Origin: an uncultured Spirochaetales bacterium
GTDB taxonomy: Bacteria > Spirochaetota > Spirochaetia > JABEVK01
Direction: 5' to 3'
Assembly: GCA_964475005.1 (NCBI GenBank)
Contig: CAYYUZ010000001.1
Coordinates: 19,780 to 83,779 of the forward strand
DNA length: 64,000 nucleotides
Under the pieces are notes generated by a model. That model made no database searches. It worked only from the letters and a program-made list of their open reading frames with translations, and was not told the DNA's origin. Shown here one piece after another: positions 45,748 through 54,956 of this stretch (the first letter of the stretch is position 1; the number at the start of each line of letters is the position of its first letter). The position numbers were made by a program, and so were the translations under genes.

Positions 45748-46551
45748 TTGATTTTGGCGTATCGCGTTCCCCGAGTTCGACTCGAAACCGTTCTCACCTT
45801 CGTTACCGTAATTGTGTTGCTGGCGGCGTGGTTTGTGATCACCGCAGAGGGTTGGGTCACCGACGTGTTGGTGCCCTCTCCCAAGAAAGTGTGGGACTCG
45901 TTTCTGGTGATTCTGCGCGACGGCTACAAAGATCACAGCCTGGCGGCCCACCTTGGCGACAGCCTTTACCGCATCCTGGGGTCGTTTGCCCTGGTGGTCG
46001 TCACGGCCATCCCCTTGGGGCTCTGGAGCGGAACCAACTCCAAAGTGCGAGCCATCGTCGAGCCGTTGGTCGAGTTTTATCGCCCGTTACCACCACTGGC
46101 CTACTACACCCTGTTGGTTCTCTGGTTGGGTATTGAAGACACCTCAAAGATGGCGCTGCTGTACCTGGCGGCGTTTGCGCCGGTCTACGTTGCCTGCGCC
46201 ACCGCCGTCGGGAAAGTCCGTCCTTCTTGGATTCAATGCGCCCGAACTTTGGGTGCCAACCGCAGACAGGTGTTCTTCCGGGTCATTTTTCGCGCCTGCC
46301 TCCCGGATATTTTCACAGGACTTCGCACGGCCCTTGGCGTTTCGTACACGACCTTGGTTGCGGCTGAAATGGTAGCGGCGGTGTCGGGAATCGGTTGGAT
46401 GGTGCTCGACGCCAGCCGGTTTCTCCGCAGCGACGTGATCTTCGTCGGCATCATCCTGATGGGGATCACAGGAATCCTTCTCGATCAGGGTGTGCGGGTC
46501 ATCGAACGCCGGGTTCTCCCCTGGCGAGAAACTTTACCAAAGGCTTCATAA
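45748..46551 (+). CDS. ABC transporter permease (NitT/TauT family, TauC/SsuC-like), paralog set 2
   Basis: BPD_transp_1 core; TTG start with GAGGAAGGG RBS. Upstream AT-rich gap contains TCATATAAGT, shared with 5556. Confidence 0.7.
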   Translation: MILAYRVPRVRLETVLTFVTVIVLLAAWFVITAEGWVTDVLVPSPKKVWDSFLVILRDGYKDHSLAAHLGDSLYRILGSFALVVVTAIPLGLWSGTNSKVRAIVEPLVEFYRPLPPLAYYTLLVLWLGIEDTSKMALLYLAAFAPVYVACATAVGKVRPSWIQCARTLGANRRQVFFRVIFRACLPDIFTGLRTALGVSYTTLVAAEMVAAVSGIGWMVLDASRFLRSDVIFVGIILMGITGILLDQGVRVIERRVLPWRETLPKAS

Positions 46552-46572
46552 GTTCTTAAAAAGGAGGAAGAT

Positions 46573-47580
46573 ATGAAGATTCTGCATATTCTGGCAGTCG
46601 CCGCGGCGCTGTCTGTTTTGGGGGTGGTCAGCCTGACCGCCGAAAGCAAACCCGACGCGATCACCATTGGGTTTCAGGTGATTCCCAATGATGAGATTTT
46701 GGCCAAGGCCCAGGGGTGGTACGAGAAGGAACTCGGCGTGAAGGTCAACTTCAAGCAGTTTGATTCCGGCCGCGACGTGAACACCGCCTTCGCCTCGGGC
46801 AGCCTCGACTTTGGCTTGGCGGGAAGCACCCCGACCGCTGTCGGTATTTCCCGCGGTTTGTCCTACCAGGTGTTTTGGATTCACGATGTCATTGGCGCCG
46901 CTGAGTCGCTGGCCGTCAAGAACAAGGCCAACATCAACACCTTGGCCGACCTCAAGGGCAAAAAGGTCGCCGTTCCCTTTGGTTCGACCACCCACTATAG
47001 CCTGCTGAGCGCGCTCAAACTCGAAGGCATCAAGGCTTCCGACGTGACCATTCTTGACCTGCAGCCGCCGGACATCTACGCCGCTTGGCAACGAGGTGAC
47101 ATCGACGCGGCCTACGTCTGGCAACCCACGCTTGGCAAGCTCTTGGCCGACGGCAAGATCATCACCGACAGCGCCGTTCTGGCATCGAAGGGCATTGTGA
47201 CCGCCGACATCGGTTTGGTGAGCATCGCCTTTGCCAAGAAGTATCCGGCGTTGGTGACCAAGTACGTGAAACTTCAGGAGAAGGCCTACCAGCTGTTCAA
47301 CTCGACTCCTACTCCAGCTTCTGAAGCCATCGGCAAGGCCATAGGCACCGACGGACCGGAGGCCTTGAAGGAAGCCAAAGAACTGGTTTGGCTCCCCCTG
47401 AAGACCCAGATCTCGCCGGCCTATTTGGGCAGCTCGTCGAAAAAGGGTGATCTGGCCAAGACCTTGAAGGCCACGGCTGACTTCTTGGTCGAACAGAAGA
47501 CCATCGACAGCGCGCCTGCCTTGTCGGTCTTTGAAGCCGCCGTCAATCCCAAGTTTGCCGAGGATGCCGCCAAGTCATGA
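46573..47580 (+). CDS. ABC transporter substrate-binding protein, NMT1/TauA/SsuA-like, paralog of 970..1956
   Basis: Signal peptide MKILHILAVAAALSVLGVVSLTA; long identical runs to the 970..1956 product. Confidence 0.8.
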   Translation: MKILHILAVAAALSVLGVVSLTAESKPDAITIGFQVIPNDEILAKAQGWYEKELGVKVNFKQFDSGRDVNTAFASGSLDFGLAGSTPTAVGISRGLSYQVFWIHDVIGAAESLAVKNKANINTLADLKGKKVAVPFGSTTHYSLLSALKLEGIKASDVTILDLQPPDIYAAWQRGDIDAAYVWQPTLGKLLADGKIITDSAVLASKGIVTADIGLVSIAFAKKYPALVTKYVKLQEKAYQLFNSTPTPASEAIGKAIGTDGPEALKEAKELVWLPLKTQISPAYLGSSSKKGDLAKTLKATADFLVEQKTIDSAPALSVFEAAVNPKFAEDAAKS

Positions 47581-48356
47581 AGCACACCATCGCCCTTCAA
47601 CAGGTTTCACAGAGCTATTCGAAGGGCGATGGCTCCGTGGTCCAAGCGTTGCTCAACGTCGACCTGACCATTTCTGGGTCGGAGTTCGTTTCGTTTTTGG
47701 GCCCGAGTGGCTGCGGGAAGTCAACTTTATTGAGGCTGATCGCGGGGTTGGAGGCGGCCCAATCCGGGCGTCTCCTGCTGGGTGAAGATCCCATCACCGG
47801 CCCGGATCAGCGCCGGGGGCTTGTTTTTCAAGATCCCAACCTCTTCCCGTGGCTTTCTGTCTGGGAAAATATCGAGTTTGGACCCCGGCTGAGGTCGTCG
47901 CGGCCGGATCGGTCACGCGTGGCCGAATTGATTCGTCTTGTCGGTCTCGAAGGCTTTGAGAAATCCTATCCTCATCAGCTTTCGGGAGGCATGGCTCAGC
48001 GGGCCGCGCTGGCTCGAACCCTGATCAACGACCCCGAAGTGCTGTTGCTCGATGAGCCGCTGGGAGCCCTCGACAGCTTCACCCGCATGTCGATGCAAGA
48101 GGAACTCTTGCGGGTGTGGGAAACGGCCGGTACGACCATGATCATGGTCACCCACGATATCGATGAGGCCATCTTTCTGAGCGACCGCATTGCCGTGTTT
48201 TCTTCGCGGCCAGGCCGTATTCAAACCGTCATTCCGGTTCCTCTGAGCCGCCCGAGGCTGCGTAACAGCCCAGAATTTATTCAAATCCGCTCCCGAATTC
48301 TGGAGCTTTTCCATTTCGCCCACTCGTTGGGTGACCCCGAGGAGCCCTTCCTCTGA
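47577..48356 (+). CDS. ABC transporter ATP-binding protein (TauB/SsuB-like)
   Basis: Walker A GPSGCGKST, signature LSGGMAQR, Walker B LLLDEP. Confidence 0.85.
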   Translation: MKHTIALQQVSQSYSKGDGSVVQALLNVDLTISGSEFVSFLGPSGCGKSTLLRLIAGLEAAQSGRLLLGEDPITGPDQRRGLVFQDPNLFPWLSVWENIEFGPRLRSSRPDRSRVAELIRLVGLEGFEKSYPHQLSGGMAQRAALARTLINDPEVLLLDEPLGALDSFTRMSMQEELLRVWETAGTTMIMVTHDIDEAIFLSDRIAVFSSRPGRIQTVIPVPLSRPRLRNSPEFIQIRSRILELFHFAHSLGDPEEPFL

Positions 48357-48378
48357 AATCGCCAACAAGGAGTCTTTC

Positions 48379-49425
48379 ATGAGCGCGACCACTGTCCATC
48401 TTCATCCCGAATCTCTGGGGATCACGATCGAGGATGGAACCTCGTTCGAATTTCATTACCTGTGGCTTCGCCATCACTGCGACTCCAGCCGCCATCCTCA
48501 GACGGGAGAGCGGACTCTCGACCCCGTCGAAATCGACCCCGCCATCGAGCCCGTATCCGCCCTCATCGAGGGGGAGGGGGAGAACGAGAACCTGGTCCTG
48601 ACTTGGCCCGAGGGTTTGACCAGCCGGTTTCTAGTCTCGCGTTTGAAGGACCAACCTTACGCGGTGAACCTCAAGGCCGTCGATATTCCTCCTCCCGATC
48701 CGGCTCGCTTGACCTGGAACGACGCCTTCAGTGCAAATGCAATTCTCCGGCGCGTCAAAAATGAGGGTGCGGTTCTCGTCCGTGGTTGGGGCGAGGACAC
48801 CGAAGCTCTCATAGGTCTGTTCGAACAGGCTAACCTCAAGGTTCGGGAAACCCATTTTGGCCGGATCGAAGATCTGAAGACCGACAACACAACCAACAAG
48901 AACACCGACCAACTGGGCTACACCAACAGTGCTGTCGATTTGCATTCGGATCAAACCTACCTCGAAGATCCACCACCGTATCAGCTCCTCCAATCCATCC
49001 GCACGGCCGACTCGGGCGGCGAAAGCTTACTGACTAATGGCCGGGCCTTAGTCGACTATATCAAGGCCACCTCACGACAGGACTATGAGTTGCTGACTAC
49101 GGTACCAGTAGTGTTTCACCGGGTGCAAAAGAACTTTGAGAAGAAACTTTCGACTCCTTTGGTGATCGAAGAGCCCGATGGCCGCGTCCTGATTCGTTTG
49201 AGCTACTTCACCTTGGCTCCCTTTGCTTATCCGTTTGATCTGACACGCGATTGGTACCGCGCCTACACCCGGTTCACCTCGCTGGCCAGAGGAAGGCACT
49301 TCCAATATCGATTCCTTCTTCAGCCTGGGGATTTTGTCCTTTACGACAATCTGAGGATGCTTCACGGTCGCACGGCGTTCAGTGGTCCTCGCTGGGTCCG
49401 GGGAATCTACTTTGATGAGTCGTAA
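48379..49425 (+). CDS. TauD/TfdA-family 2OG/Fe(II) dioxygenase with N-terminal gamma-butyrobetaine-hydroxylase-like (DUF971) domain
   Basis: N-terminal FHYLWLRHHCDSSRHPQTGER (GBBH N-domain-like), TauD core with HxD (DLHSDQTY) and distal His (MLHGRTAF). AAGGAG RBS 7 nt before ATG 48379. Confidence 0.7.
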   Translation: MSATTVHLHPESLGITIEDGTSFEFHYLWLRHHCDSSRHPQTGERTLDPVEIDPAIEPVSALIEGEGENENLVLTWPEGLTSRFLVSRLKDQPYAVNLKAVDIPPPDPARLTWNDAFSANAILRRVKNEGAVLVRGWGEDTEALIGLFEQANLKVRETHFGRIEDLKTDNTTNKNTDQLGYTNSAVDLHSDQTYLEDPPPYQLLQSIRTADSGGESLLTNGRALVDYIKATSRQDYELLTTVPVVFHRVQKNFEKKLSTPLVIEEPDGRVLIRLSYFTLAPFAYPFDLTRDWYRAYTRFTSLARGRHFQYRFLLQPGDFVLYDNLRMLHGRTAFSGPRWVRGIYFDES

Positions 49426-49558
49426 ATTGATGCCTGGCCAAGTCATAGAGTTTTGGAAGTTTGTTGGTACCTATTGACCAAAACTCTCAACTATCCTAAT
49501 CTGAACCATAATGTCGAGTAACACGGTTGACATGGTTGTGTATCGTAAGGAGGATTCC

Positions 49559-49834
49559 ATGAAAGTTTCACTCGTCGGCGGCCTGGACCGTTTGGAACCT
49601 CACTATCGGAACGAGGCCAAAAAGGCCGGACACGAACTAAGAGTGTTCCTGCAGTACGAGTCAGGCATGGAATCCAAACTCCGCTCCACCGAGGCGCTCG
49701 TTCTCTTTACCTCTATGGTCAGTCACAGCGCCCGGAACCTCGCTCTGCAAACCGCCAAGTCTGGTGGAATGACTATTGTCCAGTCCCACAGTTCAGGGGT
49801 GGCCGCATTTCGGGAGTGCTTGGCGGGTCTGTGA
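49559..49834 (+). CDS. DUF2325-like small protein
   Basis: AAGGAGG RBS 6 nt before ATG 49559. Sequence pattern (VSLVGGLDRLEPHY ... LVLFTSMVSHSA) resembles DUF2325. Whether it belongs to the element is unclear. Confidence 0.45.
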   Translation: MKVSLVGGLDRLEPHYRNEAKKAGHELRVFLQYESGMESKLRSTEALVLFTSMVSHSARNLALQTAKSGGMTIVQSHSSGVAAFRECLAGL

Positions 49835-50031
49835 TTGGTTTGGGTATTATGTATCCTAAGAGTCACATCAGGAACCACAGTCCCCAGACCTGGATCAGAA
49901 GCAGACCATGTTAAGTTTGACTCGGTGCCGATCTCTGTTCACTTCTCATCAATAGCGCCTCAGTAGTTCTTCCTTCCAGGGTCCCTTGTATCTTTACACC
50001 CTGAAACGGTCGGTCGGTAACGACCATCGTT

Positions 50032-50937
50032 CTACTTGCCCGTTGCCTGGAAGGTCTTCCCCTCGCGCCTGATACGGCCCTCCTGAAGAAGCTGCCGGAG
50101 GTGGTCTTTGGCCTGCGTCTCGGTGAGGTCAAGCAGGTGGGCGACGGTACGGCGACCCAGAAGCCGAGGACGACCAGGGTGATCGAGGGCAGCGGATAGG
50201 TAGTCATCGGCTTGGATGGGGAGCCTTCGGGATTGCTGAGGAGACTCGCGCTCCGTGCGACAGCGACCGGGATGCTTCCGAAGGGATGCCATCACCAAGA
50301 CAGAAACCTCCGTGAGAACAGCCACAATCAGGACAACGACGGTCTGAAGACCCTGACGGTTCAGGCCAAGGAAACTGGCGACTCGGCCCAAGGGACCGGA
50401 GTCACTACCTTGAAGGCTACGGTTGCGGATGGTGTCGAGGTCACGCCGGATGTCATTCTGGGACTGCCTCAGAACACCCATCGCCTCGGTGAGGTTCCGG
50501 GCGGCTGTTGTGAAATCCGGCGGGAGCTGTGCAAACCGGGCTTCCAACAGGTGCATCTGCCGGTCGAGCTGATCCAAGGTCTTGAGGTCTTGCAGGTGGG
50601 CAGGGTCCCGACTCAAGAGGTTCTGGGATCGAAGCTCGTCGGACAGGCTGATCGACCAAAGGGCCATTCCCAAGGCACTGAAGAGTGTAAGTCCCACCAG
50701 GAGGACGGAAAGTATCCGGTAGAGGCCTCCTTGAAGCCAGGTACGGATCTTGGTGGCTTCCAAGGCACCGGCCCAGAACACGCCTGCCCAAAGAGCCACA
50801 GGGCTCGAACCAGCCAGTTCAATGAAAAGGGCAACCGTCATTGTCCCCGAGATTCCCCAGAGCGTGCCGGCGACGACAGTCGGGAAGGTGATCTTCCGAG
50901 CTAACGTTTCCAAGGCCCCTCTAGTCGGCGATGCCAC
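50032..50937 (-). CDS. membrane protein with 4 N-terminal TM helices and C-terminal winged-helix-like region, hypothetical
   Basis: Hydrophobic N-terminal 110 aa; C-terminal basic segment (TVAHLLDLTETQAKDHLRQLLQEGRIRREG) resembles a wHTH. Confidence 0.4.
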   Translation of the reverse strand: MASPTRGALETLARKITFPTVVAGTLWGISGTMTVALFIELAGSSPVALWAGVFWAGALEATKIRTWLQGGLYRILSVLLVGLTLFSALGMALWSISLSDELRSQNLLSRDPAHLQDLKTLDQLDRQMHLLEARFAQLPPDFTTAARNLTEAMGVLRQSQNDIRRDLDTIRNRSLQGSDSGPLGRVASFLGLNRQGLQTVVVLIVAVLTEVSVLVMASLRKHPGRCRTERESPQQSRRLPIQADDYLSAALDHPGRPRLLGRRTVAHLLDLTETQAKDHLRQLLQEGRIRREGKTFQATGK

Positions 50938-51907
50938 GATACCTCTCCCGCAGGTACTGCCGCCACGGGATCAGGTCAGGGAAATGGCGTTCAACAGGGT
51001 TCTTCAGCAGATCCTCGATGGCGATCGTGACAAAGGAGTCCTGATCTTTGATCAGTGTTCTCCAGACCTCGTAGGTGTCTTCCCCGAACAGTCGGAGTCG
51101 CGGTGAGGTAACATAGCGGAGGGCCCGGTTAGCCCGTGCGTAGACCTGAACGACCCTGACGTAATCGTAGGGTTCCTCCTTCTGGACGAGTATCTCCTGG
51201 GCTAAGAGTTGTTGGCGCAGCATCTGGTAGTGCGGTTCGTAGAGGAATGCGTCCAGGGAGTGACACCGGTCCAGATTCATCGGCGAGTGATCGGCAAAGA
51301 AGAAGGGTGCGTAGGTCTCAGCCCGGTCTGTACCATCGGAACGGAACCGCAGAAACGTAGAACTATACGTTTCGGTCCATTTTTGTTCTAAAAGCACCAA
51401 TATCTTTCTTCCATCGGTCGCCTGATACTGGAGGGCCACGTCGATGCTGGTGTTTCCCGCACCTCTCATTCGGGTACCTCTGATATGCCCCTTCTCGCCC
51501 AAGTAGTTCACGGCGCCTATCCATTCAAACTCGACGTACCGGCCCGAAGGAAAGGAAACGAAGCCTGCGATGTCCGGGATGAACGGAAGGAGATAGGCCT
51601 TGAGAACCTCGGGTTGCTGCTCGAAGATGGCAAAGATGTTGATGGCCATGACCTGAGAACTGCAAAGGTGGTTGCTCGGCATCCCTGGGAGGGCCGATCC
51701 GTGAAAGACAATGCGTTCCCGGCTGAAGGTCTCGATGATCTCGGATCGGATACCGGGGTATAGGTTATGGTGCGCCCAATCGATCGGAAGGCAAACTGCA
51801 TGCAAACGGGACCCGTAGAGCCCCGGTTCCTTGGCCTTCTTGGGAAGTGACTTGGTCAGGAGCTTCCATGTGATCTGTCGCTTGGATTCTCCGCTGAGGT
51901 AGGACAT
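50921..51907 (-). CDS. hypothetical protein, possible PD-(D/E)xK-type nuclease
   Basis: 328 aa, no clear family. D...(E)xK-like context (DGRKILVLLEQKW) after a beta-strand-rich region. Overlaps the downstream membrane-protein gene by 17 nt. Confidence 0.3.
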   Translation of the reverse strand: MSYLSGESKRQITWKLLTKSLPKKAKEPGLYGSRLHAVCLPIDWAHHNLYPGIRSEIIETFSRERIVFHGSALPGMPSNHLCSSQVMAINIFAIFEQQPEVLKAYLLPFIPDIAGFVSFPSGRYVEFEWIGAVNYLGEKGHIRGTRMRGAGNTSIDVALQYQATDGRKILVLLEQKWTETYSSTFLRFRSDGTDRAETYAPFFFADHSPMNLDRCHSLDAFLYEPHYQMLRQQLLAQEILVQKEEPYDYVRVVQVYARANRALRYVTSPRLRLFGEDTYEVWRTLIKDQDSFVTIAIEDLLKNPVERHFPDLIPWRQYLRERYRGIAD

Positions 51908-51919
51908 TGGGTTGGTCTC

Positions 51920-52351
51920 CTAGAAAGAGGAACGGGGTTGGGGCATCTCACCGGACTCTCGGAAGCTGTGGAAGCCGGTTCGTCCGATGATGAGATGGTC
52001 AAGGACTTCGATGCCCAGAAGGGAACCGGCACTGACCAATCGCTGGGTCGCCTCTCGATCTTCTCGGGATGGTTCGAGAGAACCCGAGGGATGGTTGTGG
52101 ACCAAGATCAGGGAGGCCGCGTGGTCCTTGATGGCTTTCAGAAAGACCTCTCGGGGGTGGATCAACGTCCGGTTGAGCAAGCCGATGGTGACGATGTGGA
52201 CCCGGATGATGGTCTGGGCTCCGTTCAGGGTGACCGCAAGGAAATGCTCGGCCTTCTTGGTGGCGAACCGTTTGAGAGCCGGGTAGAGGTCCGCAGGACT
52301 GGTAACCTTGATGTCGGGGGCATGGCGTTCACAGATAAGGTCGAAAGTCAT
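51920..52351 (-). CDS. RadC-like JAB/MPN-domain protein
   Basis: JAMM-type motif HNHPSG preceded by conserved E; size and position typical of mobile-element RadC. Confidence 0.75.
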   Translation of the reverse strand: MTFDLICERHAPDIKVTSPADLYPALKRFATKKAEHFLAVTLNGAQTIIRVHIVTIGLLNRTLIHPREVFLKAIKDHAASLILVHNHPSGSLEPSREDREATQRLVSAGSLLGIEVLDHLIIGRTGFHSFRESGEMPQPRSSF

Positions 52352-52362
52352 GATGGGGCTCC

Positions 52363-53220
52363 TCAGAAGACGGGGTCAGAATGGTTGGGCGAGACGGAGG
52401 CAGCGTTCTTGATCGTCTTCTCCACGTAACCGAGCATTCGCTTCTGGGCGTCAGGGCCTCCGGCACTCTCAAACCTCCCAGTGACCCACGCGCGATGCTT
52501 CTCGTTGAAGAGAGCGGGATGGGCCGTCATCAGGGACTCAATCTTGGAACGGGCAGACTCCGGAGTCGTCGGTCCTGGTAGAGAGACTGAGCCTCGGGCG
52601 GGAGGAGTGGGAGGTGCCGTGACCCGGATTGGGGCGGGCTGGGGCGCTGGTTGGGTGGCAACGGGAGGCTGAACGGAATCCAGACCCAATTCGGTGGGAT
52701 CGTAGGGCAATCCGCCCAAAGCCTCTGAGAACGCCATGCGGAACGCCTGGACGATGGCCACCTTCTTGAGCTGAAACCTGGGCTGTTTCTGCCAGAAGCT
52801 AGGAAGCGAGCCGTCGGTGTTCCGGGGAACGACCTCCTCGAAGAAGCTCTCGTGAACTACCGGGTGGTCCCAGCCATGGCGGTGAATCTCGACGACAGCT
52901 TTGAGGTCGGGGCCGGAACCTTCGATCCGGGCGGTCCAACCGTCCAGGAGTCCGGTGTGCTCTGCACGCTTGATGTAGACCTCGTACCCGACTACCAGGA
53001 GGAATCGGGAGCCATTGTGGCCTGGGATGGCATGGATTTCGCGGCGGAACGGGTCCAAGGAGAACGTGTGGGCGACCTCGATGAACTGAAGTCGTTCGGG
53101 TTCAGTCAACTCGGCAGCGAGGCCCTGGGCCGTGATGAAGTCGAGAATACGTTGACGAGGGACTTCGGGAAGGGGTACTGGCTCGAGGTGGTCAGGGGGG
53201 ATGTGGGACATGGTTTTCAA
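52363..53220 (-). CDS. RecT-family single-strand annealing recombinase
   Basis: LLVVGYEVYIKRAEHTG and FWQKQPRFQLKKVAIVQAFRMAF parallel the RecT blocks LIIGYRGMIDLARRSG and W.EMAKKTAIRRLFK; Pro/Ala-rich C-terminal tail. Confidence 0.6.
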   Translation of the reverse strand: MKTMSHIPPDHLEPVPLPEVPRQRILDFITAQGLAAELTEPERLQFIEVAHTFSLDPFRREIHAIPGHNGSRFLLVVGYEVYIKRAEHTGLLDGWTARIEGSGPDLKAVVEIHRHGWDHPVVHESFFEEVVPRNTDGSLPSFWQKQPRFQLKKVAIVQAFRMAFSEALGGLPYDPTELGLDSVQPPVATQPAPQPAPIRVTAPPTPPARGSVSLPGPTTPESARSKIESLMTAHPALFNEKHRAWVTGRFESAGGPDAQKRMLGYVEKTIKNAASVSPNHSDPVF

Positions 53221-53355
53221 GCTCCTTTGATAGATATAAGTAGAAGCTCATAAGTCTTTGCGGCAGATAATCTTGGGAATCCATGCAACGAGCTGGTGAA
53301 ACAATAAGAAAGCCCACCGGCTAGGGTGGGCTTATGCGGGAAAAAGTAAGGAAGA

Positions 53356-53718
53356 TCAGGAGATGGCCAGGGCGGGTTCGCGGGCGGGTGTGGCGGCTGG
53401 AGTGTCGAACTTGGACTTGAACTCGATGGCCTCGGCGACGAGGTGGGTAGTTGTCCCCTGGATGGTGGTCTCCTGGGAGAGCCGACCGACGGCACGAAGA
53501 CCCCTTCCGGGGACGAGCATGGAACGAGAACTTTCCGCCGTCCGTCCGAATACTCTGACGGGGAACACCAGTTCCTGGGTGGTTTGGGTGTCTTGAGTCC
53601 GCAAATGGCGGACCGAAAGGATATCGAAGCTGACAAAGAGCGTCCCATCGGCTTGTTTGCCAGTGACGGGATCGGCGATGACGGTTCCTTCGAGAAGAAC
53701 CGAGTTAAGACTGTTCAT
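53356..53718 (-). CDS. single-stranded DNA-binding protein (SSB-like OB-fold, no acidic tail)
   Basis: MNSLNSVLLEGTVIADPV start typical of SSB (MxxxNxVxLxGxLxxDPE); OB-fold length. Confidence 0.55.
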   Translation of the reverse strand: MNSLNSVLLEGTVIADPVTGKQADGTLFVSFDILSVRHLRTQDTQTTQELVFPVRVFGRTAESSRSMLVPGRGLRAVGRLSQETTIQGTTTHLVAEAIEFKSKFDTPAATPAREPALAIS

Positions 53719-53863
53719 GGAGGCCTCCTATCTAGGAATAGACAGTCAGTGGGGCCTTCATGAACGCGATGTGATCCAGGGGGCGTCGAGGGGTCAGGAG
53801 ATCAGGCCTAACCAGTTTGAGGCACAGCGGTTCTAATTATTCATTGCGGAGCCGGTAACCCCC

Positions 53864-54880
53864 TCACGGCAGGACGAGTTCCTTGATTGGCTCCTTCAGT
53901 CTGTTGAAATCGGCCGCGCTTATTGGAAAGGTCGCCCCAAGGGCGTTTGCACCTAGAATACCAGAGTAGAGGTATAGGATTTTCCAGATAGAATCATAGC
54001 GTGCGAACTCGAAGGATGCTCCGTAAGTCACGCCATTCAAGTCGAGCAGGGCTGCCCCATCGAGAATCTCTTGACAGCCGTAGACTTTTGCCTGGGTTTC
54101 CCAGGTGGACTTGAGTTGGCTGTCCGGGCGTGGTCTTAGGATCGTGATTTCCCTAACCTTTAAGGCCCTAAGATTGGCAGAATCCGTGTCCTTGACGAAG
54201 GCCTTTACCCGCTTGGAGTCATCAACAGTGACATTCCCTGTATTGAGCAGTGCCTTCACATCCTCATTCGTGTTTGCTGAGAAACTGTAGCAGAAGAACT
54301 TAATCTGTCGGGCCAGCTCCGCCAGCCTATCGAAGTGATCGACCTGTATGTAGAGATCCGAAGACGCAGGTGGTGGTCTTTTCATAAGTAGACCGAGCCT
54401 CAGAGTGTCGGCCTCGAAGTTGAATCCGTGCACATATTCATCAACGGCGCAGACTTTTAGTGCAGAGTCCATTCTGCCTTCCGCGATTGCCGACACGAAA
54501 GCATTGACGACGTCTTCTATTGGTTTCTGGCTGTCGCTGGAGGTAGAGACAGATTTCTTGTATTCGATATTCCCTGCACCCATGAGTCCACCACCGGGGC
54601 CATCGAGGGTATTCGAATCCACGATATGATAGCCGAGATCTCCCCGATCGCTTTTTATGAAAATGTAGTCTCCCTTCCGTTCATACGTCGTCGTATAGGC
54701 TGAGGGGAGGACGGGGCTATAAATCTTGGCGACATTACCAGGAAGAATCTCTATGGCGGAATAAAGCGATGTCCCCCCTGCATCGTAGCGCCCTAGCAGA
54801 TCCGAGCTACCAGGGCTACAACCGGCTGAAAGAATAGCGACAAGGATAAAACCAACGAAGAACAAAGCACGACGTTTCAT
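53864..54880 (-). CDS. lipoprotein, hypothetical
   Basis: Signal peptide MKRRALFFVGFILVAILSAGCS with lipobox LSAGC; lower-GC codon usage (element cargo). Confidence 0.6.
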   Translation of the reverse strand: MKRRALFFVGFILVAILSAGCSPGSSDLLGRYDAGGTSLYSAIEILPGNVAKIYSPVLPSAYTTTYERKGDYIFIKSDRGDLGYHIVDSNTLDGPGGGLMGAGNIEYKKSVSTSSDSQKPIEDVVNAFVSAIAEGRMDSALKVCAVDEYVHGFNFEADTLRLGLLMKRPPPASSDLYIQVDHFDRLAELARQIKFFCYSFSANTNEDVKALLNTGNVTVDDSKRVKAFVKDTDSANLRALKVREITILRPRPDSQLKSTWETQAKVYGCQEILDGAALLDLNGVTYGASFEFARYDSIWKILYLYSGILGANALGATFPISAADFNRLKEPIKELVLP

Positions 54881-54956
54881 GGGAACTCCTTAGGAAGAGA
54901 TTTAGGTCATGGTAGGCCCAGTGGACACCAAAAGTTGGCGATGATGCCCCACCGAC

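Noticed and set aside
49835-50031. Similarity of CCTGGATCAGAAGCAGACC (about 49885) to the internal ACCGGATCAGAAGAG block of the MITE-like repeat
   Set aside because: Only a 10-nt core (GGATCAGAAG) matches and the flanking TIRs are absent; considered coincidental.
54595-54615. tRNA T-loop-like GGTATTCGAATCC string
   Set aside because: It lies inside the 53864..54880 lipoprotein coding sequence with no surrounding cloverleaf. No tRNA, rRNA or CRISPR array was recognised anywhere in the window.
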